This document shows, in pieces, positions 25,526 to 38,619 of a stretch of 64,000 bases of DNA. The translations under genes and the position numbers were made by a program. How positions within the stretch are numbered: the first letter of the stretch is position 1; each line of letters begins with the position of its first letter. Origin of the DNA: Octopus sinensis (lineage: Eukaryota); the NCBI RefSeq assembly GCF_006345805.1, contig NC_043004.1, positions 43,400,001 through 43,464,000 of the forward strand, given 5' to 3'. The notes under the pieces are model-generated. The model ran no database searches. It had not been told where the DNA came from and saw only the letters and a program-made list of their open reading frames with translations.

Positions 25526-26744
25526 ACTTCCGATCTAAAAAATCAATATTTTAAAATATAAAAATAATAATTTTAAAATAATTAAAGTATGAATGAAAAA
25601 ATATAAGTATATAATCCATATATAACCTATCTATAATCCATATATAATCAATATATAAACAATATATAAACTAAAAAAACCTATCAACAATTAAATATAA
25701 AATATAAAATATAAAATATAAAATATAAAATATAAAATATAAAACAAAACAAAAAAATAATAATAATATAATAATAAACTATATATACACCCATACGCAT
25801 ATACCTAATTATATATAACCATATCTAACTACATACACTAAATCACACACCTATATATATATCCCTATACATACACATAAAAATGTCTAGGCAACTATAA
25901 TAAATAAAATAGCTAAATACTTCAACACAATACGTATTCATACTCCCACACACACACACATACAACCCACATTCACGCTCTAGAAAACGGACATCACTCA
26001 AAACTATGAACGGAGAAATGGAATAAATGGAATTAAAAATTATATTCACTTGGTAAAACGAACACTACTTAAAAATTATGAATGAAACAATGCAATAAAA
26101 CAACAGACATCGCAAATAGACACAAATTACTACAAATTCCTTATCAAACCTACCATGATAAACAAAACTCATAAAAACATATAATGATAACATCTCCCTT
26201 TACTAAACTCTTTAACAAACCTATATAGCAATCCCCCTAACCTAAACATTCACACACAAATACACACACGTAAACCACACACCCACGACATATACAAATA
26301 CCCACACCACTTACACATACCAATACATACATATAAACCTCAACATATACTCCAAAAACCCACTCAACCCCACACAGACAAATAAACACAAAAATTATGA
26401 ATGGATTCTTTTATAAAACTACCATGATAAGCTAAAACTCACAAAACAGAAATGATAAAACCTCCCTTTACTAAACACTAAAACATACTTATATAGCAAT
26501 TCCTTTAACCTATACATTCACACACAAAACCACTCGTAAACCACACACCCATAACAAATACAAACTCCCACCCCACTCACACACACCCACAAGTACGTAT
26601 AAGCCTCAACATATACACCAAACAAAATTACTTTACCAAGGAACTTAACATATATATAAAAAGTATAACCGCTCTGGAAACGAACATCTCTAAATTAATG
26701 AATGGAGAAATGGAATAAATGGAATTAAAAATAAAAATAAAATT

Positions 26745-29560
26745 CACGTGGCAAAATGAACACCACCTTTGCTAAACTCTATAACAAACCTATATAGTAA
26801 TCCCCCTAACCTAAACATTCACACACAAACACACACGTAAACCACAGACCCACGATTTATACACATACCTAAGCTAACGTATAAACCTCCATATACACCA
26901 AAACCCACTCCCTCCCACACAGACAAATTAACTCATACATCCCAAAACCTAAATAACAAACCCATATACACATTCACACACAAACACACACACACGCAAA
27001 ACACACACACACAACAGATACATATACTCCCTCACATATACGCATATACATACTCACTAAACTCAATATATACAACAATATTTACACACCCACACTCATA
27101 CATATAAATAAATTATACAACTAAAAACTCGCACACAATCTCATATACATAAACACACCTATGAAAACAACATTAATACATCGTAATTAACCAGAATATC
27201 AAAAATAACAATATGACATAAAGGTAAATAAAATACATACTTACAATTCAGTGTCAAATTATGAAGTGAAATTAAATTCTTAGCCGTTAAAAAATCAAAC
27301 CAAAATTACGTTACCATAGAAATAACTTATGTAAAAAAAGACTAACAAACAACTTGCAGTAACCCAAACCCATCTCTATGCCTACCTCACTACCACACTA
27401 ATCAATTCCCAATTCCAAACAACGCTAGTCCACCTCCCGGTTATTCACGTGGCAAAACGAACACCACTCAAAAATTATGAATGAAACAATGTAATAAAAC
27501 ACCAACATCGAAAATAGACAATTACCATGAATTCCCTAAAAAAAACCATGATAAACCAAAACTCCTAAAACATATAACGATAAAATCTCCCTTTGCTAAA
27601 CTCTATAACAAACCTATATAGCAATCTCCCTAACCTAAACATTCACACACAAATACACACTCGTAAACCACAGACCCACGACTTATACACATACCTATCC
27701 TAATTTATAAACCTCAATATACACCAAAACCCACTCCCTCCCACACAGACAAATTAACACATACATCCCAAAACCTAAATAACAAACCCATATACACATT
27801 CACACACAAACACACACACACAAAAAAAACACACACACACAACAGATACATATACTCCCTCACATATACGCATATACATACTCACTAAACTCGATATATA
27901 CAACAATATTTACACACCCACACTCATACAGATAAATAAATTATACAACTAAAAACTCGCACACAATCTCATATACATAAACACACCTATGAAAACAACA
28001 TTAAATACATCGTAATTAACAAAATATCAAAAATAACAATATGACATAAGGATAAATAAAATACATACTTACAATTCAGTGTCAAATTATGAAGTGAAAT
28101 TAAATTCTTAGCCGTTAAAAACATCAAAGCAAAATTACGTTACCATAGAAATAACTTATGTAAAAAAGAATACGCGCCATGGAAGTAAACGTCATTTAAA
28201 TTATGAATGGAGAAATAGAAAAATGGAACTAAAAACTATATCCACGTGGCAAACCAACACTACTTAAAAAAATTTATTATGAATGGATTCTTTAAAAAAC
28301 TACCATGAAAAATCATTATATACATCTATGAACTTTAGCTCACCTTAGCATCTCTAACAAACAACTTGCAGTAACCCAAACCCATTCTCTATGCCTACCT
28401 CACTACTACACTATTCCATTCACAATTCCAAGCAACGCTAGTCCACCACCCGGTTATTCACGTGGCAAAACGAACACCACTCAAAAATTATGAATGAAAC
28501 AATGTAATAAAACAACCAACATCGAAAATAGACAAATTACCACGAATTCCCTAAAATAACCATGATAAACCAAAACTCATAAAACATATAACGATAAAAT
28601 CTCCCTTGCTAAACTCTATAACAAACCTATATAGTAATCCCCCTAACCTAAACATTCACACACAAATACACACTCGTAAACCACAGACCCACGACTTATA
28701 CACATACCTATCCTAATTTATAAACCTCAATATACACCAAAACCCACTCCCTCCCACACAGACAATTAACACAAACATCCCAAAACCTAAATAACAAACC
28801 CATATACACATTCACACACAAACACACACACACACAAAAAAACACACACACACAACAGATACATATACTCCCTCACATATACTCATATATATACTCACTA
28901 AACTCGATATATACAACAATATTTACACACCCACACTCATACAGATAAATAAAATATACAACTAAAAACTCACACACAATCTCATATACATAAACACTCC
29001 TATGAAAACAACATAAATACATCGTAATTAACCAGAATATCAAAAATAACAATATGACATAAGGATAAATAAAATACATACTACAAGTCAATTTCAAATA
29101 ATGAAGTGAAATTAAATTCTTAGCCGTTAAAAAAACCAAACCAAAATTACGTTACCATAGAAATAACTTATGTAAAAAAAAAAGAGAGAATACGCTCCGT
29201 AGAAATTAAACGTCATTTAAATTATGAATGGAGAAATAGAATAAATGGAACTAAAACTATATCCACGTAGCAAACCAACACTACGTAAAAAAATTTATAA
29301 TGAATGGATTCTTTAAAAAACTACCATGAAAAATCATTATATACATTTATGAGCTTTAGCTCACCCTAGCAGCTCTAACAAACAACCTACAGCAAACCAA
29401 ACCTATTCCCAATGCCTACCTCACTACCACACTAATCAATTCCCAATTCCAAACAACGCTAGTCCACCACCCGGTTACAATTCCCAACTCCACCCATTCA
29501 TTCACAATTTCAACTACATTCGCCTCCACAACGCTACATATAAGCCTCAACATATACACC
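26745..29560. repeat. Tandem ~1.01 kb units inside the left arm
   Basis: Marker aacgctagtccacc recurs at about 27421, 28435 and 29454; the first unit carries two deletions. Confidence 0.85.
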
Positions 29561-32500
29561 GGAGATACACTTACACATCCGTGCGGATGGGTGAGAGTAT
29601 ACATTGAGTGTAGTGATGGGGCTCCCATTACTATACACATTTGTACCTGTGTGGTAGTCTCCATGTGTATATTACGCACGGGTATAAATGCAGGGGGTAC
29701 ACGCGCACGTCATTTGCGTGTACCCCTCACATGTACATATGCATGCTATTTGGGCTCGATATATGCAACAATGTAATCGCGCCCGCATACATGCATATGG
29801 GCTAATTGCACAATCAAAAAACGCACACGTGTGTGTGTGCGTTTCCTGGTTGTGCAATTCACCCATCTGGGTGTGAGTGGGTGTAATCTTATCACTGTGG
29901 ATGTCGAGCTTAATACGTATTTATATAAGTGTGTATTAGGGGGGTGTACGTATTAATTGTGTGCATGTGCTTCACGCACTTGCGTCCATATATGGATGAA
30001 TATATTGGGATTACTATGTGGGTGTAAATTGGGTATGGAGGGGGGAATTTTGTCATTGTGTGGGTGTGGGTTTCATTTGTGATAGTGGTTAGTTGGTGAT
30101 TTTTAGTATGTTCTGTATATTTGGGTTAGTTATGTATTATTCTAGTGTGTATAATTGTATACATATAATTGGTGTGAATGGGATTGATTAGTGTGGTAGT
30201 GAGGTAGGCATTGGGAATAGGTTTGGGTTGCTGTAGGTTGTTTGTTAGAGCTGCTAGGGTGAGCTAAAGCTCATAAATGTATATAATGATTTTTCATGGT
30301 AGTTTTTTAAAGAATCCATTCATTATAAATTTTTTTACGTAGTGTTGGTTTGCTACGTGGATATAGTTTTAGTTCCATTCATTCTATTTCTCCATTCATA
30401 ATTTAAATTACGTTTAATTTCTATGGAGCGTATTCTCTCTTTTTTTTTACATAAGTTATTTCTATGGTAACGTAATTTTGGTTTGGTTTTTTTAACGGCT
30501 AAGAATTTAATTTCACTTCATTATTTGAAATTGACTTGTAGTATGTATTTTATTATCCTTATGTCATATGTTTATTTTGATATTCTGGTTAATTACGATG
30601 TATTTAATGTTGTTTTCATAGGAGTGTTTATGTATATGAGATTCTATGTGAGTTTTTAGTTGTATATTTTATTTATCTGTATGAGTGTGGGTGTGTAAAT
30701 ATTGTTGTATATATCGAGTTTAGTGAGTATATATATGAGTATATGTGTGGGAGTATATGTATCTGTTGTGTGTGTGTTTTTTTGTGTGTGTGTGTGTTTG
30801 TGCGTGAATGTTTATATGGGTTTGTTATTTAGGTTTTGGGATGTTTGTGTTAATTTGTCTGTGTGGGGAGGGAGTGGGTTTTGGTGTATATTGAGGTTTA
30901 TAATTAGGATAGGTATGTGTATAGTCGTGGGTCTGTGGTTTACGAGTGGTTTTGTGTGTGAATGTTTAGGTTAGGGGGATTACTATATAGGTTTGTTATA
31001 GAGTTTAGCAAAGGGAGATTTTATCGTTATATGTTTTTATGAGTTTTGGTTTATCATGGTTATTTTAGGGAATTCGTGGTAATTTGTCTATTTTCGATGT
31101 TGGTTGTTTTATTACATTGATTCATTCATAATTTTTGAGTGGTGTTCGTTTTGCCACGTGAATAACCGGGTGGTGGACTAGCGTTGCTTGGAATTGTGAA
31201 TGGAATAGTGTAGTAGTGAGGTAGGCATAGAGAATGGGTTTGGGTTACTGCAAGTTGTTTGTTAGAGATGCTAAGGTGAGCTAAAGTTCATAGATGTATA
31301 TAATGATTTTTCATGGTAGTTTTTTAAAGAATCCATTCATAATAAATTTTTTTAAGTAGTGTTGGTTTGCCACGTGGATATAGTTTTTAGTTCCATTTTT
31401 CTATTTCTCCATTCATAATTTAAATGACGTTTACTTTCCATGGCGCGTATTCTTTTTTTACATAAGTTATTTCTATGGTAACGTAATTTTGCTTTGATTT
31501 TTTTAACGGCTAAGAATTTAATATCACTTCATAATTTGACACTGAATTGTAAGTATGTATTTTATTTATCCTTATGTCATATTGTTATTTTTGATATTTT
31601 GGTTAATTACGATGCATTTAATGTTGTTTTCATAGGTGTGTTTATGTATATGAGATTGTGTGCGAGTTTTTAGTTGTATAATTTATTTATATGTATGAGT
31701 GTGGGTGTGTAAATATTGTTGTATATATTGAGTTTAGTGAGTATGTATATGCGTATATGTGAGGGAGTATATGTATCTGTTGTGTGTGTGTGTTTTGCGT
31801 GTGTATGTGTTTGTGTGTGAATGTGTATATGGGTTTGTTATTTAGGTTTTGGGATGTATGAGTTAATTTGTCTGTGTGGGAGGGAGTGGGTTTTGGTGTA
31901 TATGGATGTTTATAAGTTAGTTTAGGTATGTGTATAAGTCGTGGGTCTGTGGTTTACGTGTGTGTTTGTGTGTGAATGTTTAGGTTAGGGGGATTACTAT
32001 ATAGGTTTGTTATAGAGTTTAGCAAAGGGAGATTTTATCGTTATATGTTTTTTAAGTGTGTTGGTTTATCATGGTTTTTTTAGGGAATTCGTAGTAATTT
32101 GTCTATTTTCGATGTTGGTTGTTTTATTATATTGTTTCATTCATAATTTTTGAGTGGTGTTCATTTTGCCACGTGAATTTTATTTTTATTTTTAATTCCA
32201 TTTATTCCATTTCTCCATTCATTAATTTAGAGATGTTCGTTTCCAGAGCGGTTATACTTTTTATATATATGTTAAGTTCCTTGGTAAAGTAATTTTGTTT
32301 GGTGTATATGTTGAGGCTTATACGTACTTGTGGGTGTGTGTGAGTGGGGTGGGAGTTTGTATTTGTTATGGGTGTGTGGTTTACGAGTGGTTTTGTGTGT
32401 GAATGTATAGGTTAAAGGAATTGCTATATAAGTATGTTTTAGTGTTTAGTAAAGGGAGGTTTTATCATTTCTGTTTTGTGAGTTTTAGCTTATCATGGTA

Positions 32501-33375
32501 GTTTTATAAAAGAATCCATTCATAATTTTTGTGTTTATTTGTCTGTGTGGGGTTGAGTGGTTTTTGAAGTATATGTTGAGGTTTATATGTATGTATTGGT
32601 ATGTGTAAGTGGTGTGGGTATTTGTATATGTCGTGGGTGTGTGGTTTACGTGTGTGTTTGTGTGTGAATGTTTAGGTTAGGGGGATTGCTATATAGGTTT
32701 GTTATAGAGTTTAGTAAAGGGAGATTTTATCATTATATGTTTTTATGAGTTTTGATTATCATGGTAGGTTTGATAAGGAATTGTAGTAATTTGTGTCTAT
32801 TTGCGATGTCTGTTGTTTTATTGCATTGTTTCATTCATAATTTTTAGTATGTTCGTTTTACCAAGTGAATATAATTTTAATTCCATTTATTCCATTTCTC
32901 CGTTCATAGTTTTGAGTGATGTCCGTTTTCTAGAGCGTGAATGTGGGTTGTATGTGTGTGTGTGTGGGAGTATGAATAAGTATTGTGTTGAAGTATTTAG
33001 CTATTTTATTTATTTATAGTTGCCTAGACATTTTTATGTGTATGTATAGGGATATATATATAGGTGTGTGATTTAGTGTATGTAGTTAGATATGGTTATA
33101 TATAATTAGGTATATGCGTATGGGTGTATATATAGTTTATTATTATATTATTATTATTTTTTTGTTTTGTTTTTATTTTATATTTTATATTTTATATTTT
33201 ATATTTTATATTTAATTGTTGATAGGTTTTTTAGTTTATATATTTTTATATATTGATTATATATGGATTAGATAGGTTATATATGGATTATATACTTATA
33301 TTTTTTCATTCATACTTTAATTATTTTAAAATTATTATTTTTATATTTTAAAATATGATTTTTTAGATTGGAAGT

Positions 33376-33418
33376 CCACCTGAAAATTGTCGATCAAGAC
33401 AAGAAACGATTGTAGTGG
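33376..33418 (+). ncRNA. Hammerhead ribozyme copy with G8A substitution
   Basis: ccac-CTGAAAA-ttgtc gatcaa gacaa-GAAAC gatt GTA-gtgg. Confidence 0.75.
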
Positions 33419-33512
33419 CGGTTTTTTTGACTATTTATTAAAATTTTATGTATTGATTAAGTCTTTCCTTGTTTGTTTTGCAAAATAGTGGTTTTGTTTC
33501 GAATAATATTTT

Positions 33513-33543
<31 letters not shown>

Positions 33544-33560
33544 TATTTCCCTTTTGTTAC

Positions 33561-33603
<43 letters not shown>

Positions 33604-35028
33604 AAACTGACTCTTATACATACACATATGAGTGCGTGCGTGCGTGTATCTGTGTTTGTGTGTATGTATGTCTGTGTATATACAAGAGCTAAAGAATGAA
33701 GTAGATAAAATCCGAGCTGTATGTTTCTTAGCGATTGGAAGATAGGAAGACAGAAATGTGCCATTCGCAAAAAAATCTCTGGAAGAGAATCTAATCGAAT
33801 CTTCTGCTTGTTAACATGATCTTCCTCGTAATAAATTAAACTTAATTTCATCAAGATATCCGTCGTTTGAAGAGTAGCCTGCGTTTTATACCTCGTTTGA
33901 AAATATACAACTTCCGAGCTTCCTCTCGCTATGATACATATGCAGCATGTATGTTTATTTGCATGGCTAGCAACGCTGGCTGCCTACAATGAAATATGAA
34001 ATGTGTTTTTCTCCTTATCATACTTTGATACGAAAAAAAATTCATAACCTTCCGCTCGAATAAACCACAATTTTTCCTGAAAGTACTTTTTTAGAATTTG
34101 TACGATTTGCTTGAAGCTCACCAACTCTACACATCGATTCTTGGTTGTCACATTTATTTATATATATATACACACATACACTCGCACATACACACATACA
34201 TAAATACATGCATATATGCATACGTGCATACGTGCATACATACATACATACATACATAAGTAAATACATACGTACACACATACAGGCATATGTGTATGTG
34301 TGATTCGTGTGAGAGCAGCATCGAAAAGTTTGAAACATTCTATTACATGATTTTCCTCTGTATTTATTATTTATTTGCATATATTTTTTTACATGTTTTC
34401 TCTATATCTTATAATATTTATCTACATTGTTATTATGGTCACATGCATGATAATAACAAATTTGAATTGTTCTCAAGTAAATAAATCTTGCGCCTCAATT
34501 AACAGCGATTACCTAGTCATAATTTTCCTTTTATACCCACCAAATCTTTAAAATAATGATAAATTGTTGTAATGTTTTTTATTCTACTGAGATTTTAAAT
34601 GTCTATACAGCATATTAAAAACGAGATGCAATTAAGATAATATGATGTGTGTTCGCATTATTTCCAGGTTACTCCGTCTTCCTAGTACTCAAACCGTCAT
34701 TAGTGACTAAATATATTTTGCTACTAAATTCCCAAAGTGTTTGCTGCGATTGCTTATTTGATAAATGAGTTTCCTAAAACTTTACAACTTTTACTAAATC
34801 AAAGTATATACGAAAGATTTTATGCTGATATATGTTGTATTCTTGGCTTATCAACAAAAGTATAAAGACGTTTTGCGTTTAATTCACATATGCTTATCGA
34901 TAAAAAAAATATTGTGGAAGTATAAGAAATTCTTAAAAGTATACGATTACTTCCGTTTCTTTGTGCAACCAAATTAATTATTTAGATGTAGGAAATCTCA
35001 TTTACAGTCATCCACACACACACACACT

Positions 35029-35063
<35 letters not shown>

Positions 35064-35073
35064 ACGCACACAC

Positions 35074-35110
<37 letters not shown>

Positions 35111-36470
35111 CATACATATGAAAATACAACACGATTTTATATAAAACATACTCTATGTCTAATCTTAGCTATACTTTTTAGTAAGAACTCAATCAAATTC
35201 ACAGAATGTGGAATAGTTATACACGCATAAAAAGTCTATATATGCATGGGACAGAATGTATTTATTCATATAGTCATTGCATTACAATTTATATTCGGTT
35301 TGAGTCGACTATTGAAAGAAGAATGAGTGGAAAAACTGTATAGGCTTTTAGTATTACGGTAAATACTTGTGCGTATACAAGATATAGAGCTTTGTAAAAT
35401 TTGAAACCCATAGCACTACTTTCAATACTTTTGCAAAATTGACTTTGCTTGGAGACATCTAGCAAAATCCATTCCTCAAATTGTGAGGAAACCCTCGTTT
35501 CATATATTAGAACTAAATATGCAAAACCTTCAACGAATGCCTATGATGCAATTTCCCTAGCCACAACCATTGTTGTTGAACAACTAATTCTGTTATCCAA
35601 TGTAAACGGTGAGACAATGGTGGATATGTTCCGTAACACGATGTGCACATAACACAATAATGTGTGTTACATGTAATGAAGGAATTTTCCAATGCATATA
35701 CACTGAATTTGTGGTTCTGAACATTTTATTTATGAACGCTTCTCATATACGGTACACCAGTTACAGGAGATGATGCAAAGACATCCTCAATGCATACCCT
35801 ACTCACCCAAAGCTTTGTCAAAGTAAGGACGTTTGTAATTCATCCTAATCACAATTTTTTACAATTCCCGAACGGAATTTTCTACTATGTTTCACTCTCA
35901 GTGCTTAGAATATCTCTTCAATTATAGTTTCTCCTAACTATTTAGAGATTACTAGAGTTTCCATTCCCCATAGTAGATTTTTCAGGTTACTGAGTGTAGT
36001 GACTATCTAGCAATTAAAATCAAAGCATCAGTATATACTTTTGATAATGTGTGGTTAAACAAGTCATGAATTATCAAAATATTAGATTAATCTGAGATTA
36101 ACGATATCTTGTTTGAGATGTTAGCAAGAGAAGCATTGAGACATTAATAGATGTCTGACACATCTGAACAAAAGTACTTGGAGGGGAAAAATTAAATCGT
36201 GTGTCCGCGAAAATATTCACAGGGTTGAGAAAATCTCACCTGTTCTCATATTGAGTAAATTACATTCAATAAACTGAGAAGGTTCTATATTTGATTCTAA
36301 AACTACTCTACGGCCATTTATGCTGTGACAACACACACGGAAACTTCAGCTCATGGAACAGAAAAATATTAACAATAAAATAGAAACTGCGCTAACATAA
36401 ACAAACTGGAAACAGATAGTAACATACAAACCGTTGCCATAAACAGCGGAATCTGCTTATAATCTGCAGC

Positions 36471-37173
36471 GATTAAAAAGGAATTGAGTACACCATAGGA
36501 AGAACTAATATATAAATAACAAACCGACCGAAAAAATTGAAAACCGAGTAAAGATAATTACATGCTTCCAAGGTTCAGAGAATTCAATAAAAGAATATCG
36601 TAATTGTAGCAAGAGAGTGCGGAAGCGAAAGAGGATGAGAGTAAGTGACCGAAATGAAAGTGCAAGCAAACAAAAGCTCTTGGAATGAACGTGCAAAATT
36701 GTCTTTATGTTATTATTGATTATTGATTTCGTACAAAATAAATTCGGATCTTTTCGGTTTGGACGGCAGTTTTTTTCTAGCGGTGTCATATGAAATTATC
36801 ATCCATAATTATGACCCTAGTGTCGATTTTATTGCATTTCAATCTGTTTTAGTGTTAGGCTTAGTTAGGGTTAGAGGTGGGGGAAAAGTATATTTTTTTC
36901 TTCACAAATGTAAATAAACCCAATCTGTTTCTTAAACGAGGGACATATTCATACGGCACAGAATGTTTTTACCTCAATAGACGTCAGTGATTGGTTGAAA
37001 TTGCAGACATTGAAGAAAGAACAACAACAAATATCTTACAAACTATAGAATTTTCTCAACAAAGCCAAGAGAACAAGGTGTTTTATAAACACATTCTACC
37101 AGTATACGAAGTTTAAACTTTTTTAGTTATCTAGAAAGTATGTTAAAAACTACCGTTCAAAAGGAAAAGATCC
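36471..37173 (-). mobile_element. Second copy of the composite TIR element at 5460-6197
   Basis: Colinear reverse complement; internal TIR ggatcttttcggtttggacggcag at 36746, outer TIR ending 37173. Confidence 0.8.
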
Positions 37174-37741
37174 TAAATTCACTTCCAAGTACAGAAGCGA
37201 TGAACTATAGACTAGAGCATTCACACTAGAAAACACACACTCTGGCTCACGCTTTCCTGCTGATATTTGCAGTAGTACGAATGAATGTTACAACTGAATG
37301 TAGAACTGAATCATTCTACAACTATATTTGAATCAGCAAACAACCCAAACCCTGTACTCGTCCCTAGAGCTAGCAATGAAAAATTAAAAGAGAACAAAAA
37401 CGCTGTATGCTTCTAGAGGAAAGGTGCAGCTGATTACGTAATGAAATTTTATTGTGTTCACCATGGAATATGGAATTATAAGTAAGATAACACGGGTAAA
37501 AAGTAGGTACTTCAAACTTGGCAAGAATAAATGGCAAGTCATTTTCCAACCGCATGACGTATAATTAAAAACAAAGTATTTGTTGCCATTTAAATGTAAA
37601 GTAGACACCTTCTCATTTTACCTGAGTGTAGACACTTTAGTCAATTTGGTATACGAAGCCAGACTTAGACACTTAGATACGAATGGTAAGGGAATGAAAT
37701 CGACCTATACGTACAGTATAAATGTACTGCTTTATTTTCTT

Positions 37742-37935
37742 ACTTGTTTTAGTCAGATTACTTCGGGCATGCTGGAGCACCAACTTAAAATGATTTTATT
37801 CGAATGCATCTACCCCAGGCATTATTTTTTGTAAGCCTATTACTTATCCTATCACTAATTTACAGGAATGTAAACACACCAACATCGGTTAACAAGCGAT
37901 GATGGGGGACATGTAGAGACACAAAGACACACACA
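37742..37935 (-). mobile_element. SINE family 3 remnant with LINE-like 3' end (second remnant 61735-61900)
   Basis: gggcatgctggagcacc...gtaaacacaccaacatcggtt..aagcgatgatggggg, followed by a (CA)-rich tract. Confidence 0.6.
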
Positions 37936-37994
37936 TAAATAGATACACTCTCACATACACACTCTGACACACACACACGCTAACACACACGCAT

Positions 37995-38150
37995 ATATAT
38001 ACGATGGGCTTTTCCAGCTCCTCTCTACCAAAACCAATCTCAATGATTACGGTCGGTCCAAAGCTATAGCAGAAGACACTTGCCCAATGTGCTACGCAGT
38101 GGGACTGAACCCGAAGTGGTGTGGTTGGGAAGGACGTTTCTTATCATACG
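37995..38150 (-). mobile_element. CORE-like tRNA SINE remnant (other pieces 41987-42066 and 61955-62115)
   Basis: agcagaagacacttgcccaatgt.c.acgcagtgggactgaa, the reverse complement of a B box plus the CORE-like ...ttgggcaagtgtctt. Confidence 0.65.
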
Positions 38151-38384
38151 GCTTTGTAGAGATTTATAGGTTATGGCTATCACCAGTTGGGTTCCAAGCC
38201 TACTCTCAATTGTGATCATTTATGCTGTGTAAGGGTACGATTCTCAAGAGGATCTCTAGAGTAACATTACTGGAAACTATGCAGCTCGGAGATCCGGGGC
38301 CCTCTCAAGTCAAGTTGCTAGTTTATCGCATTGAGATGTAAACTCTCCGTTACTAAACGGATGTGATTAGAATGATGTAGTAGA

Positions 38385-38439
<55 letters not shown>

Positions 38440-38619
38440 TATATATATATACGCTTTATTAATTATTTTGCATGTTACTGAATCATCGGTATATTTTTAT
38501 ATTATTTTTTATATTTCTATTATATGTAATTTTCTACATGGTGTAATTTAACTTTTCATTTTGATAAAATGTGTATTTTTCTAATGTATATATATATGTT
38601 TTTTTCTCTAGTTTCATCT

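Larger units (their letters stand above)
25308..33513. mobile_element. ~8.2 kb non-coding palindromic element with terminal hammerheads (Penelope-/retrozyme-like, non-autonomous)
   Basis: Left arm 25388-29560 (A/C-rich) is the reverse complement of right arm 30170-33513 (G/T-rich). HHR in each arm, 80-bp tail only on the left, (TA)n flanks. Confidence 0.85.

Noticed and set aside
26000-29500. CRISPR-like array
   Set aside because: Repeats are hundreds of bp to 1 kb with no constant repeat/unique spacer pattern, in a eukaryotic context with no cas genes.
25600-33350. ORFs inside the palindrome (e.g. 25843-26049, 28873-29139, 32801-33019, and the recurring EWRNGINGIKNYIH-like peptide)
   Set aside because: Short, interrupted differently in each copy, no recognisable domain; the ISPF...RFLERE similarity to GIY-YIG ends is too weak.
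25308-33513. Palindrome as a pure fold-back read artifact
   Set aside because: Not accepted as the leading explanation because the arms differ in unit number and large indels, outer flanks are unique and a direct repeat brackets it; it is not fully excluded without reads.
35440-36250. Coding-looking unique segment
   Set aside because: Multiple stops in all frames and no motif I can identify.
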